A DNA stretch of 64,000 nucleotides from Candidatus Yanofskybacteria bacterium RIFCSPHIGHO2_01_FULL_41_21 (GTDB lineage: Bacteria; Patescibacteriota; Minisyncoccia; 2-02-FULL-40-12; GWA2-44-9): NCBI GenBank assembly GCA_001794025.1, contig MGJA01000007.1:219-64218 (forward strand). The letters are read 5' to 3'. The position numbers and the translations under genes were made by a program. Position 1 is the first letter of the stretch; each line of letters starts with the position of its first letter. The notes beneath the pieces are model-generated. The model had not been told where the DNA came from. It saw nothing but the letters and a program-made list of their open reading frames with translations, and searched no databases. Of the stretch, positions 31,122-41,066 are shown piece after piece.

Positions 31122-31634
31122 TTATTTAAGCAACACTTTGTCTTTCACTTCTTCTAGGTTGAGGAAGTTATTGGCGACCTCAATAAGACGGGCTGAAGTA
31201 GAACGTTGGAAACCGGCGACTTCCACAATGGTACCGTTAAACTTTAGATAATCAACTAGGGGTTCGTAATCACCGTCACCGGAAACAATAACCACAACGT
31301 CAACAAGTTTGGAAAGAGTAATAGCGTCAATGGCGATAGCCACGTCCCAGTCACCCTTTTTCATCCCGCCTGGAAAGATTTGGAGATCTTTGGATTTTAA
31401 TTCATAGCCCGCCTTTTCTAGGGCGCCAAAAAACGCTTTTTCTTCTTCAGTATCGGATTTAATAACGTAGGCAATGGCCCGGACTAATTCGCGATTAGCG
31501 GTGGTAAGTTTTAAAAGCTCGGCAAAATTAACTCGGGCCTTATACAGATTCTTGGCCGAATGATACATATTGGAAACATCTACGAAAATACCAACTCGGT
31601 GGTTTTTTCTTTGGGGAACTGTGAGTTTATTCAA
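31122..31634 (-). CDS. NYN domain protein (LabA/DUF88)
   Basis: IFVDVSN, KKGDWDVAIAID, VSGDGDY. Confidence 0.9.
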   Translation of the reverse strand: MNKLTVPQRKNHRVGIFVDVSNMYHSAKNLYKARVNFAELLKLTTANRELVRAIAYVIKSDTEEEKAFFGALEKAGYELKSKDLQIFPGGMKKGDWDVAIAIDAITLSKLVDVVVIVSGDGDYEPLVDYLKFNGTIVEVAGFQRSTSARLIEVANNFLNLEEVKDKVLLK

Positions 31635-31705
31635 AATAGCTTACTAGCTCATCAGCTTCCTAGCTTTTTAGGTTTTCCTAACAAGCTAATCAGCTAAGAA
31701 GCTAT

Positions 31706-31969
31706 TTAGAGCCCGAGCTTTTTAGTGAGGGCTGTGTGTCTCTTGGGATTGTCGCGTTTCAAAAAATCCATGAGACGTTTGCGTTTGGCTACCATTTTCA
31801 AAAGACCAAGACGAGAACTGTTGTCTTTGCCGTGCTTCTTTAAGTGTTTGGCCAGGGACTCAATCTCTTTGGTAAATAAAGCAATCTGGGCTTCGGCTGA
31901 ACCAGTATCTTTATCGTGAATCCGAACCTGTTCCAAAACTTTTGATTTTTGTTGTGTGGTAAGGGCCAT
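31706..31969 (-). CDS. rpsO: 30S ribosomal protein S15
   Basis: HDKDTGSAEAQIA...SRLGLLKMVAKRKRL. Confidence 0.97.
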   Translation of the reverse strand: MALTTQQKSKVLEQVRIHDKDTGSAEAQIALFTKEIESLAKHLKKHGKDNSSRLGLLKMVAKRKRLMDFLKRDNPKRHTALTKKLGL

Positions 31970-32126
31970 TTGAAATAGTGATTAGCCAATAGCGAATAGT
32001 GGCTAGTGGCTAGCATTAAAACTGAAACTGAATGTATTCTATCACGGATTTTTATTGCTTGCAATGGTTCGTTTATCAACGAAACACGCTTATATTTTGC
32101 GACATAAAGATGTATAATATTTAGAT

Positions 32127-34313
32127 ATGGCGGACTTACGGACCCTAAAAATACAATATCTGGAACATTTGGAAATAGAAAAGAATCGATCACCTAAAAC
32201 CCTAGAAAACTATGGGCGCTATCTGGATCGTTTTCTTCAGTTCGCTAAAGTTAATAAAGCAGAAGATCTTGATGACGAACGTATCCGCCAATATCGCTTG
32301 CATTTAAATCGCCTCACCAACAAAGACGGACAACTTCTAATGAAAACAACCCAGAATTATCACATCATTGCCCTTCGTAATTTTCTGAAATATCTAGCCA
32401 AGAGGGGAGTAAAAAGCGTTTCCGCGGAAAAGATTGAATTGGGCCGAGCCGAGGATAGACACGTAACTTTTCTTGAACACACTGAATTGGACCGTCTCCT
32501 AAATGCCCCTGATGGTTCCGGATTAAATGCTTTACGAGATCGGGCTATGCTTCGGATGCTATTCTCAACCGGTATGCGTGTCTCCGAATTATGTTCAATG
32601 GATCGTAATAAGATTGACGTAAAACGAGGTGAACTATCAGTGTTGGGAAAGGGACGAAAAATTCGTTTAGTTTTTCTGTCAGATGACGCCAAAGATCACA
32701 TTGCCCAATACCTCACCAAACGGACTGATGTTGATGAGGCGTTGTTTATTCGCATTCCAAAATCAGGAAAATTTAGCAAGGACTCTGACCTTCGTCTTAC
32801 CCCCCGCTCAATTCAACGTATTGTTCAAAAATATGCCATCAAAGCCGGTATAATGGGTAAACACGTTTCGCCTCATACACTAAGACACTGTCTACATAGG
32901 GAAACTAGAATTTTCCTAAATGACAAAATCTGCTCGGCTTTGACATTGTTTCAGAACAATAATATTTATGTCAAAAGTATGGATTTTAAAAAATCTGTCA
33001 TTGGTGACAAAAAAGTGGTTCAAAAATTCAGTCACCCAGCAACACAACTTCTTCGAATACAAGCTGACGGACATGAGATAATTTGTACTCCCAAACATCG
33101 CCTTTTCACGATAGGAGCAAGTGGAATTGAAGAAATGGAGGCCCAAAATGTCCAGCTCGGAACACACCTCGCCGGTATAAAGGAAATAAAAATGAAAGGT
33201 CATAAATTTTTGAAACCAGAAGTTTGGCGACTTATTGGATATACACTAGGTGATGGAGTAATAAATGAAAGATTTAGGGGAGTTAAGATATATGACAAAG
33301 ATAAATCATTCCTTGAATTTTATAGTAATATTTTTGAAAGAAATTTCGATAAAAAACCTTTTCTAGTAAAAAGAAAGTCCGACTCTTACGAATTAATATT
33401 CTATTCAAAAAAAATGGTTTCTTTTTTAAGGAATTACATCCCGATTGGAACAGCTCCATATAAGCGTATCCCTGCCCAATTATTCCAGGCCACCAATAAG
33501 GAAATTAGACAATTTTTGGCCGGAATATATGATGCTGAGGGTAATAGCGGAACAATCAAGATGTTTTCTTCCAGTAAGGAACTCCTCAAAGATATCCAGA
33601 TGCTCCTAATAAGGCTCGGTATAGATAGTCATATCTTAGAAAGAAAACGGGTAGTAAAGCTTCCACAGGGTAAAATTATTCCCAACATAATATTTACTCT
33701 CCACGTTCTTGATCAAGACAGCCAAAGAAAGTTCAAAAAACAGATTCTCACACTCAAAAAGAATATACTTATTTGTGGTCAAAAAGAAAAAATAGAGCAT
33801 GATAAAATTCCATGCCAACCCATAATTATGAAGCTTTTAGAGTCACTCCGAATACCAGAGGGAAGGGGGTTCCACCAAAGGTTAGAAAAAGAATGCGGCA
33901 TTAAGTATTTTAAGCGTCACACTAAATTAGCACTCACAAAAAATCTTCTTTCAAAAATTCTTGCTGAACTGAAGAAATTTGATAAAGTCGGGAAATTTAA
34001 AGAATTCTATACAATCCTTAACAATATCACACGAAATAAAAATTTAATTTGGTTTCAGGTTAAGAAAATAGACCGTATCATAACTAAAGAACAGCAAGTT
34101 TTTGATTTTGGTATTAAACAAACTCATAATCTAATAACTGACGGATTTATTTCTCACAATTCCTACGCCACTGATTTATTAAGAAATGGTGCTGACATCC
34201 GTTCCGTCCAAGCCATGCTCGGACATTCCTCGGTCACCACCACCCAAATCTACACCCACGTCACTGATACCCAACTTCGGGAAATCCACAAAAAGTTTCA
34301 TGATAAGAAATAG
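32127..34313 (+). CDS. XerC/XerD-family tyrosine recombinase precursor containing an intein
   Basis: [27 protein letters not shown]|intein|[27 protein letters not shown]; 304 aa after splicing. Confidence 0.93.
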   Translation: MADLRTLKIQYLEHLEIEKNRSPKTLENYGRYLDRFLQFAKVNKAEDLDDERIRQYRLHLNRLTNKDGQLLMKTTQNYHIIALRNFLKYLAKRGVKSVSAEKIELGRAEDRHVTFLEHTELDRLLNAPDGSGLNALRDRAMLRMLFSTGMRVSELCSMDRNKIDVKRGELSVLGKGRKIRLVFLSDDAKDHIAQYLTKRTDVDEALFIRIPKSGKFSKDSDLRLTPRSIQRIVQKYAIKAGIMGKHVSPHTLRHCLHRETRIFLNDKICSALTLFQNNNIYVKSMDFKKSVIGDKKVVQKFSHPATQLLRIQADGHEIICTPKHRLFTIGASGIEEMEAQNVQLGTHLAGIKEIKMKGHKFLKPEVWRLIGYTLGDGVINERFRGVKIYDKDKSFLEFYSNIFERNFDKKPFLVKRKSDSYELIFYSKKMVSFLRNYIPIGTAPYKRIPAQLFQATNKEIRQFLAGIYDAEGNSGTIKMFSSSKELLKDIQMLLIRLGIDSHILERKRVVKLPQGKIIPNIIFTLHVLDQDSQRKFKKQILTLKKNILICGQKEKIEHDKIPCQPIIMKLLESLRIPEGRGFHQRLEKECGIKYFKRHTKLALTKNLLSKILAELKKFDKVGKFKEFYTILNNITRNKNLIWFQVKKIDRIITKEQQVFDFGIKQTHNLITDGFISHNSYATDLLRNGADIRSVQAMLGHSSVTTTQIYTHVTDTQLREIHKKFHDKK
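32889..34160 (+). mobile_element. 424-aa intein with LAGLIDADG homing endonuclease
   Basis: Starts CLHRET; ICTPKHRLF block B; LIGYTLGDG and [10 protein letters not shown]; ends [13 protein letters not shown] followed by Ser+1. Confidence 0.93.
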
Positions 34314-34408
34314 CATCTAAAAATCCTCCTTTCGGAGGATTTTTAGTGAGCGTACAATATGCTCCAAATTATTTTTTTGGTGAATGACTATCGGGCCGAC
34401 TATCAATT

Positions 34409-34660
34409 TTACTCGGCTTCAACTTTGAGGACAATCGCTCCTTCTCTAACTTTGCCAGTGGCCTGCAGACCGACGATATCGCCCTTCTTGGCCTGCTGAA
34501 CCTCTTCGTGGTCAACCTGCATTGAGCTGACTGTCTGCTCAAAATCCGAGCCGTGGCCCTCGAATTTGATTTTGTCGCCCACCTTAAGACCCGTGGCTAA
34601 CTCTACGATAGCCACCCCAATCTTATCGTAATAATGGGTAACTTTTCCGACCGGTTTCAT
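34409..34660 (-). CDS. Translation-factor-like beta-barrel / peptidase U32 C-terminal-like small protein
   Basis: VGKVTHYYDKIGVA...FEQTVSSMQ. Confidence 0.75.
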   Translation of the reverse strand: MKPVGKVTHYYDKIGVAIVELATGLKVGDKIKFEGHGSDFEQTVSSMQVDHEEVQQAKKGDIVGLQATGKVREGAIVLKVEAE

Positions 34661-34759
34661 ATAGTTTAATTATATAAAAAGGGATTAGATAATGCAAGTT
34701 TATAAAAAGTTTCTTAATAAAAAACAAAACCTAGTTCGATTGCACACGATGCGATCGAA

Positions 34760-35442
34760 CTAGGTTGTCTTGACGTCGAAGTTTGCGACATCAAATGAAT
34801 CATCTATGGATTGGGGTCGGGAAGTGATTTGATACACGCAAACAGAAAGGTTTGAGCCATCCAATCGCATGTTTTTGTGCCGTACAGTAAACTCATATTG
34901 AGTTGGATCGAGCCCAAGATCAGAGAATTCCTGCTTATTGCTCGCTAACTTTTTGATCAGCCTACGAGTCAATTTGAACACACGTCGCGGTCCCTCTTTA
35001 AACTGGTAGGTTTTTATAAGTTCGGGATGAGCTTCATAAACCGCCCAGATGACACTAATGTGGAACACATAGATCTCCTGTATGTGTCCAACTAGGAACT
35101 GCCGAAGCAAACGTTTGGTCTTGCCGACCCGCATCGGCAAGTTATAATATTTACCTCTTAACCATCGACGGTTCTGATAGAACACAATTGCGTATTCACG
35201 GTCAAACTTCTCCAAGTCATCGTGGTGTTGTTGAAGCTGAATTTCTCGAATAATTGCCCCCCACTCAATCCAGATGTTTTGACCTCAGTAAACATATGGC
35301 GCCGAGCATGATAGAGATCGCCGCCCAAATGATTTGAAGCAGTTGGTTTGCCAGAACATACTTTCTGTGCGACATCGACACCAAATTGTCCGATAACGGT
35401 CAGTCGTCCATTCCACGTCCGACGAAAACTTTTCTTGGCCAT
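34760..35442 (-). pseudogene. Frameshifted hypothetical gene with a PD-(D/E)XK-like motif
   Basis: MAKKSFRR..GGDLY..FTEVKTSG joins AIIREIQL..EYAIVFY if one G is added to the G6 run at 35257-35262. Confidence 0.5.
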
Positions 35443-35483
35443 GTTTTCAAAGACCTCAAACTTGATATAGCATTCATTTACAG

Positions 35484-35531
35484 CAAAAACAACCCCCCAC
35501 TTTTTAGTTAAAAAGTGGGGGGTTGTTTTTG
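35484..35531. terminator. Long hairpin downstream of tRNA-Leu
   Basis: caaaaacaaccccccacttttt / aaaaagtggggggttgtttttg. Confidence 0.65.
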
Positions 35532-35537
35532 ATATTG

Positions 35538-35621
35538 TGCCCAGGGCCGGACTCGAACCGGCAAGCCCTTGCGGGCAAAGCATTTTAAGTGCTTCGAGGT
35601 TACCAATTTCTCCACCTGGGC
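35538..35621 (-). tRNA. tRNA-Leu(TAA)
   Basis: Arm aagca-cttaaaa-tgctt; long variable arm. Confidence 0.92.
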
Positions 35622-35634
35622 AATTTTAAATTCT

Positions 35635-35742
35635 GAGGCCATGATGGGACTTGTCATGGCTACGCCAGATCTAGCGAAGCTATGACACCCATGAATAACG
35701 GTTTTGTCCCGCTACGCGGGATCTCCCGAAGGGAGACAGACC
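35635..35742 (-). pseudogene. 3' part of a tRNA-Cys copy disrupted by two double-hairpin inserts (35654-35685, 35707-35736)
   Basis: Removing the inserts restores ggt-ctgcaaa-acc and atggg-tgcaagt-cccat-catggcc-t. Confidence 0.75.
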
Positions 35743-35758
35743 ACTCACCGAACCTCGG

Positions 35759-35831
35759 AGGTGCAGGCGGGATTTGCACCCGCGGATAGCGGTTTTGCAG
35801 ACCGCCGTGTTAGCTACTTCACCACTGCACC
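35759..35831 (-). tRNA. tRNA-Cys(GCA), intact
   Basis: gcggt-ctgcaaa-accgc; U73 discriminator; T-loop tgcaaat. Confidence 0.88.
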
Positions 35832-36068
35832 ATATTTATTTTTCAATATCTCTTTTTGCTGATGATTTTTTAAGAATCTCTCATATTGAACTGCTTCACT
35901 TCTTGTTTCGAAAGAATGTGATTCTAATAATTGCCACGGTCTATATCCTTTTGTCGACCGAACTTCACCGTTGTTATGCCGTGCTAAACGAATACTAACA
36001 TTTTCAGCACTCCCGACATAAAAATCACCATTTTTTTGACTTTTTAAGACATACGTAAAATAGCTCAT
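35814..36068 (-). CDS. Solo GIY-YIG nuclease (~84 aa)
   Basis: MSYFTYVLKS..FYVGS..RLARHN..STKGYRPW..RSEAVQYERFLK; last codons overlap the tRNA-Cys 5' end. Confidence 0.88.
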   Translation of the reverse strand: MSYFTYVLKSQKNGDFYVGSAENVSIRLARHNNGEVRSTKGYRPWQLLESHSFETRSEAVQYERFLKNHQQKEILKNKYGAVVK

Positions 36069-36073
36069 ATTTC

Positions 36074-36141
36074 TTTTGTCTCGCTTCGCGAGATCTGGCG
36101 AAGCCAGACAGACCGCAGCGTTTCCACTTCGCCACAGCACC
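36074..36141 (-). pseudogene. 5' half of a tRNA-Cys copy with a 30-bp insert (36079-36108) in the anticodon
   Basis: ggtgctgtggcgaagtggaaacgctgcggtctg|insert|caaaa. Confidence 0.75.
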
Positions 36142-36151
36142 TTCATTGTGA

Positions 36152-37702
36152 TTACAATGTCCTTGCGATGCTTTCTTCTTGATAGATTTCTAAAATATCG
36201 CCAACTTCAATATCAATCGCGGTCTTAGAATCAATGATATCAATTCGCATTCCGGTTTCCAATCCTTCAGCTACTTCAGGTACATCTTGTTTGGCTTGTT
36301 GAACTTGACCGACTTTCGCTATCATAACGCTTTGACCATCGCGTATAACATCACAAAAAGCGCCCCGAACCAGTTTACCGGATAAGACCCGGCCACCAAT
36401 GACTTGGGCCCGAGCATCTTTTTTAAAAACGGCGAGAATTTTGACTTTGCCTAATACTTCCCGACGAATTTCCGCATCTAATAATCCTGCCATCTTTTTA
36501 CGGATATATTCAATCAGTTCGTAAATGACATCAAATGTGGCAAGATTCACGTGTTCTTTCTCCGCCAACTTTCGGGCGGAAGTTTCAACAGAAACACGAA
36601 AACCAATCACAGAACCACCACCGGCTACAGCTGTTCGCACATCTGAATCGGAGATAGTTCCAATATCATAACTCAATACGGTATAGGCAATTTCTTCGGA
36701 TTTAATCTGTTTGAGCGCTGCTTCAATGGCCTCCAAAGAACTGGAAACATCCGTCTTGATTACTAGTTTCAAATACTTCTTTGAAGGATCCATTTGGGTA
36801 TGACTGGCTTTCAAGAAACAGAACAGGGGAGTAAGGTCAATGTTTGAAGCCGATATGTCTTGGGCCAAATCTTTAGTTAAAGCGGTCGTGAATTCACGAC
36901 CAATATCGGGAGGATTAGTCCACCCTGTAATTAATACTGGTTGGGATGGATCGGCTGTTTCAAGACGGTTGCCCGTAAAGTCCTCCATTGATTTAATCTT
37001 GCCAATTATCGTACCCGCCACAATCCAGTCGCCGACAGACAAAATACCCTTGCGAATAAGGGCGGTCGCAACATATCCTCGGCGCTTATCTAAGTTTGAT
37101 TCAATAATAACGCCGGTCGCGGGCAAGGAACGATCTTCTTTCAAGTCCTCCAATTCAGCAACAAGCAAAACCATGTCCAATAATTCATTGATGCCTCTCT
37201 TTTCTTTGGCTGATATTTCAACAACAGGCACAGTTCCACCCCAGTCCTCAACGAGAATTTCTTCACCAGCTAGATCCTGTTTAACTTTCTGGACATTTGC
37301 TCCTGGTTTATCTATTTTACTGATTGCCACGACGACAGGAATCTTTTCCTCTTTGATAATTCTAATGGCTTCTTGGGTCTGGGGTTTAACACTTTCATCA
37401 GCCGCTACAACCAGGATCGCTACATCAGCAACTTTAGTTCCCCGAGAACGAATAGCGCTAAAGGCCTCATGGCCGGGCGTATCTAAAAATGTAATCATCT
37501 TACCTTGAGTCCCTCCATCAGCGGGGTGAACGACTGCCTGATAGGCACCGATGTGTTGGGTGATACCTCCCGATTCACCGCCGGCAATATTGGCCTTGCG
37601 GACAACATCCAGCAAACTTGTCTTGCCGTGATCAACATGACCAAGCACTACCACGATTGGTGGCCGGTTTGTTGAAATAGTTTGTGGAGTAGAATTGGGC
37701 AT
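36152..37702 (-). CDS. infB: Translation initiation factor IF-2 (short form)
   Basis: RPPIVVVLGHVDHGKT, GGITQHIG, DTPGHEAF; start uncertain. Confidence 0.96.
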   Translation of the reverse strand: MPNSTPQTISTNRPPIVVVLGHVDHGKTSLLDVVRKANIAGGESGGITQHIGAYQAVVHPADGGTQGKMITFLDTPGHEAFSAIRSRGTKVADVAILVVAADESVKPQTQEAIRIIKEEKIPVVVAISKIDKPGANVQKVKQDLAGEEILVEDWGGTVPVVEISAKEKRGINELLDMVLLVAELEDLKEDRSLPATGVIIESNLDKRRGYVATALIRKGILSVGDWIVAGTIIGKIKSMEDFTGNRLETADPSQPVLITGWTNPPDIGREFTTALTKDLAQDISASNIDLTPLFCFLKASHTQMDPSKKYLKLVIKTDVSSSLEAIEAALKQIKSEEIAYTVLSYDIGTISDSDVRTAVAGGGSVIGFRVSVETSARKLAEKEHVNLATFDVIYELIEYIRKKMAGLLDAEIRREVLGKVKILAVFKKDARAQVIGGRVLSGKLVRGAFCDVIRDGQSVMIAKVGQVQQAKQDVPEVAEGLETGMRIDIIDSKTAIDIEVGDILEIYQEESIARTL

Positions 37703-37781
37703 TAGCGTGATTAATATTTTACCAGAAAAATCATAAATTAGCAACTAAAAATGACTCGTGTTTAAGCCATTTTTACACATG

Positions 37782-37870
37782 CGGAGAGGGCGAGATTCGA
37801 ACTCGCGAGGGGCTTTAAGACCCCTCCGACTTTAGCAAAGTCGGACGATAGACCACTCTGACACCTCTCC
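37782..37870 (-). tRNA. tRNA-Ser(GCT)
   Basis: Arm cgact-ttgctaa-agtcg; long variable arm. Confidence 0.92.
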
Positions 37871-37887
37871 CGCAAATAACCACGTTA

Positions 37888-38895
37888 CTATATCACGGCT
37901 TTATACCTTTTTAAATGTTTGGGATTGTGTGAACCGATTATTTTAAAATATCTTTCTACATCTGGCCTACTATTTAATCTTACATGTATGCCATTAACGG
38001 AAGGGGTCATTCCTAAGTCCCTCAAGATGCTAATCATGGATTCTCTAAGAGGTGCTGACGCGCTGGCAAAATCAATTTTCTTATAAGAGTACTGCTTATT
38101 ATTTACTTTATACCTATTAGTGAAAACGCAACCATCAGTATCAATGAGACCTCGAACACATGCCTTGGTAAAGTTAGGATCAATTTTTATCCATCGGGGA
38201 ATATCTAACTGCTGTTTTATCTTGTTGCCAATAACTATACCGAGCGAATGAAGATATGTTACTAGGCCAGTCCTAGAAACTTCTATTTTATTTATTGATT
38301 TCGAAGAAACATGAGTTACACTCGGAATAACTTTAAAAAGTTTTTCTATGAGTTTTACTACGTAGTGACAATACTCTAGGTCATCAATATGATGGAGTGT
38401 TATGGAAATCTGTCGTGAAGTCATCCCGCCGTCACCCATCATAATTCCAAAAAATTCAGCGAGTTCAGACGATGGCTTAGGATTTCGGAAGGGGAGTGAA
38501 ACATTGGGAATGGAATTAGGGTCGAAACGACCTACACGTTCCCACCATTGTCTCCATTTTTCTTTTCGGTATTCCGGGTCTACGGGGACTCGGCCATATT
38601 TACGAATTAGAGAACGCCCTCCTTTCTTGGCTCCTTTGGAAATATACCAGAATTGATCTTTAATTTTTATATTGGAAGGCATAGAGAGTCCCGCTCTTTT
38701 GCAAAGCTTTCTAAGAGCGCCGAAAGTTATAAGGAACTTCTCTCGCCTCCAATCAGTGACTGTTCTCCGATGAACACCCACGAGTCTAGCAAGGTCGTTT
38801 GCACCCAAGCTTGTCTTTTTTTGTACAGACAAGATAAACTTATTTTGGAAGCCCTTTGAGAATTCTACCCTTTTACTATTAACCGGCTCAGCCAT
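37888..38895 (-). CDS. Free-standing LAGLIDADG endonuclease-like protein with N-terminal HTH
   Basis: LAEFFGIMMGDG and CVRGLIDTDG; LARLVGVHRRTVTDW. Confidence 0.85.
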   Translation of the reverse strand: MAEPVNSKRVEFSKGFQNKFILSVQKKTSLGANDLARLVGVHRRTVTDWRREKFLITFGALRKLCKRAGLSMPSNIKIKDQFWYISKGAKKGGRSLIRKYGRVPVDPEYRKEKWRQWWERVGRFDPNSIPNVSLPFRNPKPSSELAEFFGIMMGDGGMTSRQISITLHHIDDLEYCHYVVKLIEKLFKVIPSVTHVSSKSINKIEVSRTGLVTYLHSLGIVIGNKIKQQLDIPRWIKIDPNFTKACVRGLIDTDGCVFTNRYKVNNKQYSYKKIDFASASAPLRESMISILRDLGMTPSVNGIHVRLNSRPDVERYFKIIGSHNPKHLKRYKAVI

Positions 38896-38962
38896 ATCTC
38901 CATAATAGCACAGGTGGGGTCTGGTTTTATCAACAAATGAATGCTAAACTAATCAAAGAGTT

Positions 38963-39052
38963 GGAGAAGTTCCGGAGCGGTTTAACGGAGCAATCTACTA
39001 AATTGCCAAGCTCGCAAGAGCTTCGTGGGTTCGAATCCCACCTTCTCCGCCA
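38963..39052 (+). tRNA. tRNA-Ser-type with anticodon ACT
   Basis: ggagaag/cttctcc acceptor; gcaat-ctactaa-attgc; long variable arm; G73 + CCA. Confidence 0.85.
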
Positions 39053-39107
39053 AGTTTTACAGACATGAATATGTTTTAGTAAATTAATATTTTGTTATAA
39101 TAACAAT

Positions 39108-39779
39108 ATGATTGACCCACAAATACTTGATTATGTTAACCAGCAAATAACTGCTGGCATCAGTGTAGAAGAAATTAGGAAATCTCTTCTAAGTTCCGGA
39201 TGGCAAGAAGGGGATATTAATGATGCCCTAAGTCGGGCTAATTCATTTTCAGTCACAACTAATCCGACGAGGGCAAATCGTGAACTAAACAGAAAACTTT
39301 TAATATTAATATTGGCTGGGATTTTGATTATTGGGGGAAGCGCTCTTGGTTATTTTTATTACAGTAAAAATAATGCAGTAACGCTTAGCCCCACACCAAC
39401 CGAAATGCCGACCCCAACAATGACTCCCTCCACTACGCAACCGGTGCCAACACCGACTCAAAGCCCAAATCCTAAAACGGTTTCTGATGTTGTGGCTGAT
39501 AATTTGAGAGTTGCGCGAGCTAAAAGCATTCAGACTGGGTTTAAACAAGATATAAACAATAATAAGATAGCTCAAGCCACTGGAGAGAACGTTCCGGACT
39601 GGCAGTATCCAAGCACATTAGGCAATTCCACGAGTGTGTCTGACCCGGTTACTGGGAAGTCCTTTGAATATAAGGTAGATAGTGATGGTAAAGATTATAT
39701 ATTATGTATTACTCTTAGTGTAAAAGGGGAAATCTGTGGTAAAAGTGATATGAACTGGTCACTATATATCACTAAATAA
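39108..39779 (+). CDS. Hypothetical single-pass membrane protein
   Basis: IRKSLLSSGWQEGDI N-domain, TM, PT linker, pilin-like DPVTGKSFEY tail. Confidence 0.7.
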   Translation: MIDPQILDYVNQQITAGISVEEIRKSLLSSGWQEGDINDALSRANSFSVTTNPTRANRELNRKLLILILAGILIIGGSALGYFYYSKNNAVTLSPTPTEMPTPTMTPSTTQPVPTPTQSPNPKTVSDVVADNLRVARAKSIQTGFKQDINNNKIAQATGENVPDWQYPSTLGNSTSVSDPVTGKSFEYKVDSDGKDYILCITLSVKGEICGKSDMNWSLYITK

Positions 39780-39962
39780 TTCTAATCAATCTTCGCCGAG
39801 CCAATAGATAAGCTTGGTATAAACAAAGACACAAGACAGGTCATCCAACCCTCCTTCGCGTAAAGCTTCGGATGGGCGAAGTAGGTTCTAAATATCGTCC
39901 ACTACCCTCCGCAACCACCTTAAAACCGGCCTAGGCCGGTTTTAGATTGGGGCTCGTTTTCG

Positions 39963-40094
39963 TTATGTCAGCATCTTAAAGATGAAGACAATTAGAGCTA
40001 TTACGAGCAAGGTATGAATCAGGCCACCACCAACCTTGAAACTATACCCAAGGAGCCAAAGAACTACCAAAATTATGACAATTGTTTCAAGCAT
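39963..40094 (-). CDS. lmo0937-family small membrane protein (43 aa)
   Basis: MLETIVIILVVLWLLGYSFKVGGGLIHTLLVIALIVFIFKMLT. Confidence 0.8.
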   Translation of the reverse strand: MLETIVIILVVLWLLGYSFKVGGGLIHTLLVIALIVFIFKMLT

Positions 40095-40274
40095 ATGTTT
40101 ATATTACTCATTACAATAGTATATGTCGTACAGAACGTTATTCCATTACAAGAGTATCACAAAAATAGAATTAACCCTCTGTAACATATAAGAGGGAAGA
40201 TCGTCATCATAAGTAAGAAACATTAAATGTTCTATCCTCCTCTGCCAAGCGTGGGGCAGGATAGAAATCAACAT

Positions 40275-40631
40275 ATGGATTCATACAATTCGCCCAGTAC
40301 AAAGCCACTATTTAAAGGCACCCAGATTGTCTGGTACGTTCTTTCGGTTCTAGAGGTAATACTTCTTTTTCGTTTTCTATTAAAACTAACGGGAGCAAAT
40401 GCCGGAGCCGGATTTACAAGTTTCATCTATGGACTTAGCCAGCCATTTATAGCTCCCTTTGCGGCGGTTTTCCAAAAGACCAATATCCAAGGCAGTGTTT
40501 TTGAATGGACTACGCTCTTGGCAATGATTGTGTACTGGATTGTGGCGGTAGGTATTATCCGACTATTTCTAATGAGTAAGACAGTGTCAACACCTGAAGC
40601 CGCAGCCAAATTAGATGAAAATGATTCTTAA
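40275..40631 (+). CDS. YggT-family membrane protein
   Basis: LLFRFLLKLTGAN..FIYGLSQPFIAPF..EWTTLLAMIVY. Confidence 0.8.
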   Translation: MDSYNSPSTKPLFKGTQIVWYVLSVLEVILLFRFLLKLTGANAGAGFTSFIYGLSQPFIAPFAAVFQKTNIQGSVFEWTTLLAMIVYWIVAVGIIRLFLMSKTVSTPEAAAKLDENDS

Positions 40632-40642
40632 ATAAAACAAAA

Positions 40643-41038
40643 ATGTTTCGGTCCATAATCACAAAACTGCAAAATCTTAAACTCCAGCAAGATATGCGGG
40701 ATGTGGTTGAATATATAGACCTTCGGTACCATGAGCGGTCTTTGTTTACGTTAGGTGTCTCGCTTTTGGCAATTATTGTTTTTACTGGAGGATTATTTTT
40801 CTGGTCTTCTCAACTCAGTTTTGTCTTTGGAAGAAATTATAATCAAAACGAACTAGCAGTAGCCAGATCTGGTTTACAAACCATAAAACGAATGGTGGGG
40901 GACCAACAGGCCTGGTCAAAAAGCATTCAAGAAGAATACAATAGGATTTTTGTGGGCAATACTACAAAGATGCAACCAATTAGTTATGGCGAAAGCTTCA
41001 TTGGGGATGAACATTCAACTAACATGTCCCTAGAATGA
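40643..41038 (+). CDS. Hypothetical membrane protein
   Basis: ORF with one TM segment. Confidence 0.5.
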   Translation: MFRSIITKLQNLKLQQDMRDVVEYIDLRYHERSLFTLGVSLLAIIVFTGGLFFWSSQLSFVFGRNYNQNELAVARSGLQTIKRMVGDQQAWSKSIQEEYNRIFVGNTTKMQPISYGESFIGDEHSTNMSLE

Positions 41039-41066
41039 GGTGTCCGAACGAGTGATCTCCCCTTGT

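Noticed and set aside
35635-36141. One tRNA-Cys split by a GIY-YIG-encoding group I intron
   Set aside because: The 5' acceptor (GGTGCTG) cannot pair with the 3' fragment (CATGGCC), both pieces include the anticodon, and there is no room for a ribozyme core.
39880-39912. Possible tRNA-Ser 3' remnant (att site)
   Set aside because: Only ggttc...ccctccgc resembles a tRNA end; too degenerate to support.
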